A DNA stretch of 28,386 bases, from NCBI GenBank assembly GCA_036012755.1, contig DASCPX010000222.1:1-28386 (forward strand). The letters run 5' to 3'. Positions 27,039 to 28,386 of the stretch are shown piece by piece (position 1 is the first letter of the stretch; each line of letters begins with the position of its first letter). The translations under genes were made by a program, and so were the position numbers. Source of the DNA: Myxococcota bacterium (GTDB lineage Bacteria > Myxococcota_A > UBA796 > CAJQPC01). The notes beneath the pieces were generated by a model that worked only from the letters and a program-made list of their open reading frames with translations, was not told the origin of the DNA and ran no database searches.

Positions 27039-27264
27039 CGCGGTCTCTCGAGCTCGGTGGCGGGCATGAGCGCGAAGCCGATCATCAACAAGACCTGGAG
27101 CGGGACGGACTCCCAGTAGCCGCCCCAGGCCGCCAGACCGCACCTGCCGTGCGGTACCCGGTGGCGGAGCTCAGCTGAAAAGGCTCCCGCAGCACACGGT
27201 CCCCCAGCCTCTTGCGGGCTCGCCGCGTCAGGGACTGAAGTCGCGTGACCCACCGGTCCTTCAC
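27029..27264 (-). pseudogene. Possible frameshifted or truncated small membrane protein
   Basis: A high-GC3 frame from GTG 27264 (VKDRWVTRLQSL...GYRTAGAV) switches near 27140 to the frame encoding LAAWGGYWESVPLQVLLMIGFALM..., ending at 27029. Confidence 0.3.
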
Positions 27265-27334
27265 CGGAAGGGCCTTATCCCATGCAGCCAGACGCGGAGG
27301 ACCACCCAGGCCTGGCCCGTGCCATCATCGGCGG

Positions 27335-27790
27335 GTGTCTGTTCTCACCTGGTTCGTGGGTCTCACACTGCTGGGCTGCGCCACCACCCCGCCTCCCACA
27401 CCCGCGCCGGGTCCCTGTGGGGATCTTCCATGCCCGGAGGAGTCGCCGATGAGCCAGGCACTCACGCTCAGCGGCGTCCTCGATAAGCAGCAGACCGTCG
27501 GCTACCGCAGCCCCTACGGTCTCACCGTGCGTGATCCGGCCTCGATCTCGGCCCTGGCCGAGGCGGCTGGCTGGCAGTCCGAGCCGGGCTACCGGGTCGA
27601 GGTCCGAGGGGACTCCGAGCTCTTCGAGGAGCACCTCTCCCAAGAGGTGGAGATCCGGGGGCTGTGGGTCGTCGTACCCGGAGGCCCGGCCGAGCCCGGA
27701 AGCGAAGGAGAGAGCCGCTTCGTGGGAGGCATGATCCCCACGCTCTTCTGGCTGGAGGTCGAGTCGCTGCGGGTGCTCTCGGCCGACTGA
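27335..27790 (+). CDS. Hypothetical lipoprotein
   Basis: GTG 27335, MSVLTWFVGLTLLG-C lipobox, Pro-rich linker, beta-rich domain. Confidence 0.75.
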   Translation: MSVLTWFVGLTLLGCATTPPPTPAPGPCGDLPCPEESPMSQALTLSGVLDKQQTVGYRSPYGLTVRDPASISALAEAAGWQSEPGYRVEVRGDSELFEEHLSQEVEIRGLWVVVPGGPAEPGSEGESRFVGGMIPTLFWLEVESLRVLSAD

Positions 27791-28000
27791 CCGCTCCGGC
27801 TAGAGGGCCGCAGCCTCAACTTCGTTGTGGTCACCCGCGATTGCTCAGTTGACCTCAGGCTCGGGGCAGATCGGCCTTCCACTACCTGCCCCTCGCCGCC
27901 GTCCTCGGTCCGCCAGCTGCGCGACCGACGCCGACCTCGCCGTAGGCCTGAAAGAAGTCGCTTCTGAGGGAGCAGGTCGCGGCCAGCGCGGGGACACCGC

Positions 28001-28213
28001 TCAGAGAGGGTCGTGGCTCCAGGAGAGCTGGTCCATCGGGGTGATCAGCTCAGAGAGTTGCTTCTCAAGCTCGGCCGTCAGGTCCGGCCCATCAACGCAG
28101 AAGCGGATCTCCTCGATGGCGTCATCCGACCGCCAGATCACGAGTTCGACCGTCTCCAGGATGTGGCTACCGCTGGTGGTCTCGTGCCACCAGTAGCCGA
28201 GGAGGACATTGAC
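28001..28213 (-). pseudogene. 3' fragment (70 aa) of a gene interrupted by the adjacent IS
   Basis: Startless high-GC3 frame VNVLLGYWWHETTSGSHILETVELVIWRSDDAIEEIRFCVDGP...HDPL* beginning exactly at the putative IS end. Confidence 0.6.
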
Positions 28214-28386
28214 GGGCGCGATGATCGAAAGCCGGCGGTCATGCGGTCTGCCTTGGCTGCCGGGCGGTCGGGCGCCATCCCGTCGTGCTGAGGACGGTGT
28301 TCTCCAGCTCGGACCAGCGCCCGGACTTCGCGTGGGCGCGTAGGTGAAGCACGCCTTCCGCGTGCGCCTCGGTCCACGTGACGCTG
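28214..28386 (-). mobile_element. Terminal part of an ISKra4-like insertion sequence
   Basis: Transposase-like C-terminus followed by a GGG-initiated terminus (plus strand GGGCGCGATGATCGAAAG at 28214), ending 25 bp after the stop. Confidence 0.65.
28239..28386 (-). CDS. ISKra4/ISLre2-like transposase, C-terminal fragment (partial)
   Basis: Manual translation SVTWTEAHAEGVLHLRAHAKSGRWSELENTVL...QTA*, matching the W...AE..L.LR....SGRW tail of this family. Confidence 0.7.
   Translation of the reverse strand, partial: SVTWTEAHAEGVLHLRAHAKSGRWSELENTVLSTTGWRPTARQPRQTA

Noticed and set aside
27791..28000. Possible ncRNA or terminator (GGGGCAG...CTGCCCC stem) and short ORFs
   Set aside because: There is no U-tract or recognisable RNA family, and such stems are expected by chance at this GC content.

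Overview
GC-rich (roughly 70%), densely coded bacterial chromosome segment, most likely from a Myxococcota lineage (MYXO-CTERM sorting tails, MopE-type Cys/Asp repeats, kinase-ATPase-TPR protein). Left end, minus strand: a small lipoprotein, a metallo-beta-lactamase-fold hydrolase, two beta-helix surface proteins with MYXO-CTERM tails (the second frameshifted at a G6 run) and the start of a TraB/OmpA-like outer-membrane protein. Next come an S66 LD-carboxypeptidase, a serine hydrolase, accD and folC. The middle holds a DUF5916-like barrel protein divergent from a putative tandem Skp-like protein, a GT-C/GT87-like membrane glycosyltransferase divergent from an AMMECR1-like/alpha-barrel lipoprotein, and a STAND-type Ser/Thr kinase coupled to a PH-like/pseudo-M48 protein. 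To the right are a phasin/lipid-droplet-like protein preceded by a FadR(YsiA)-type palindrome, an HD alarmone-hydrolase-like gene, a GAF protein, an RluA-family synthase and a lipoprotein. The right edge carries the end of an ISKra4-like IS that appears to interrupt a gene. Several genes look leaderless, and convergent pairs overlap without terminators. No rRNA, tRNA or CRISPR array was seen. All family assignments come from motif recognition by eye; no database searches were run.
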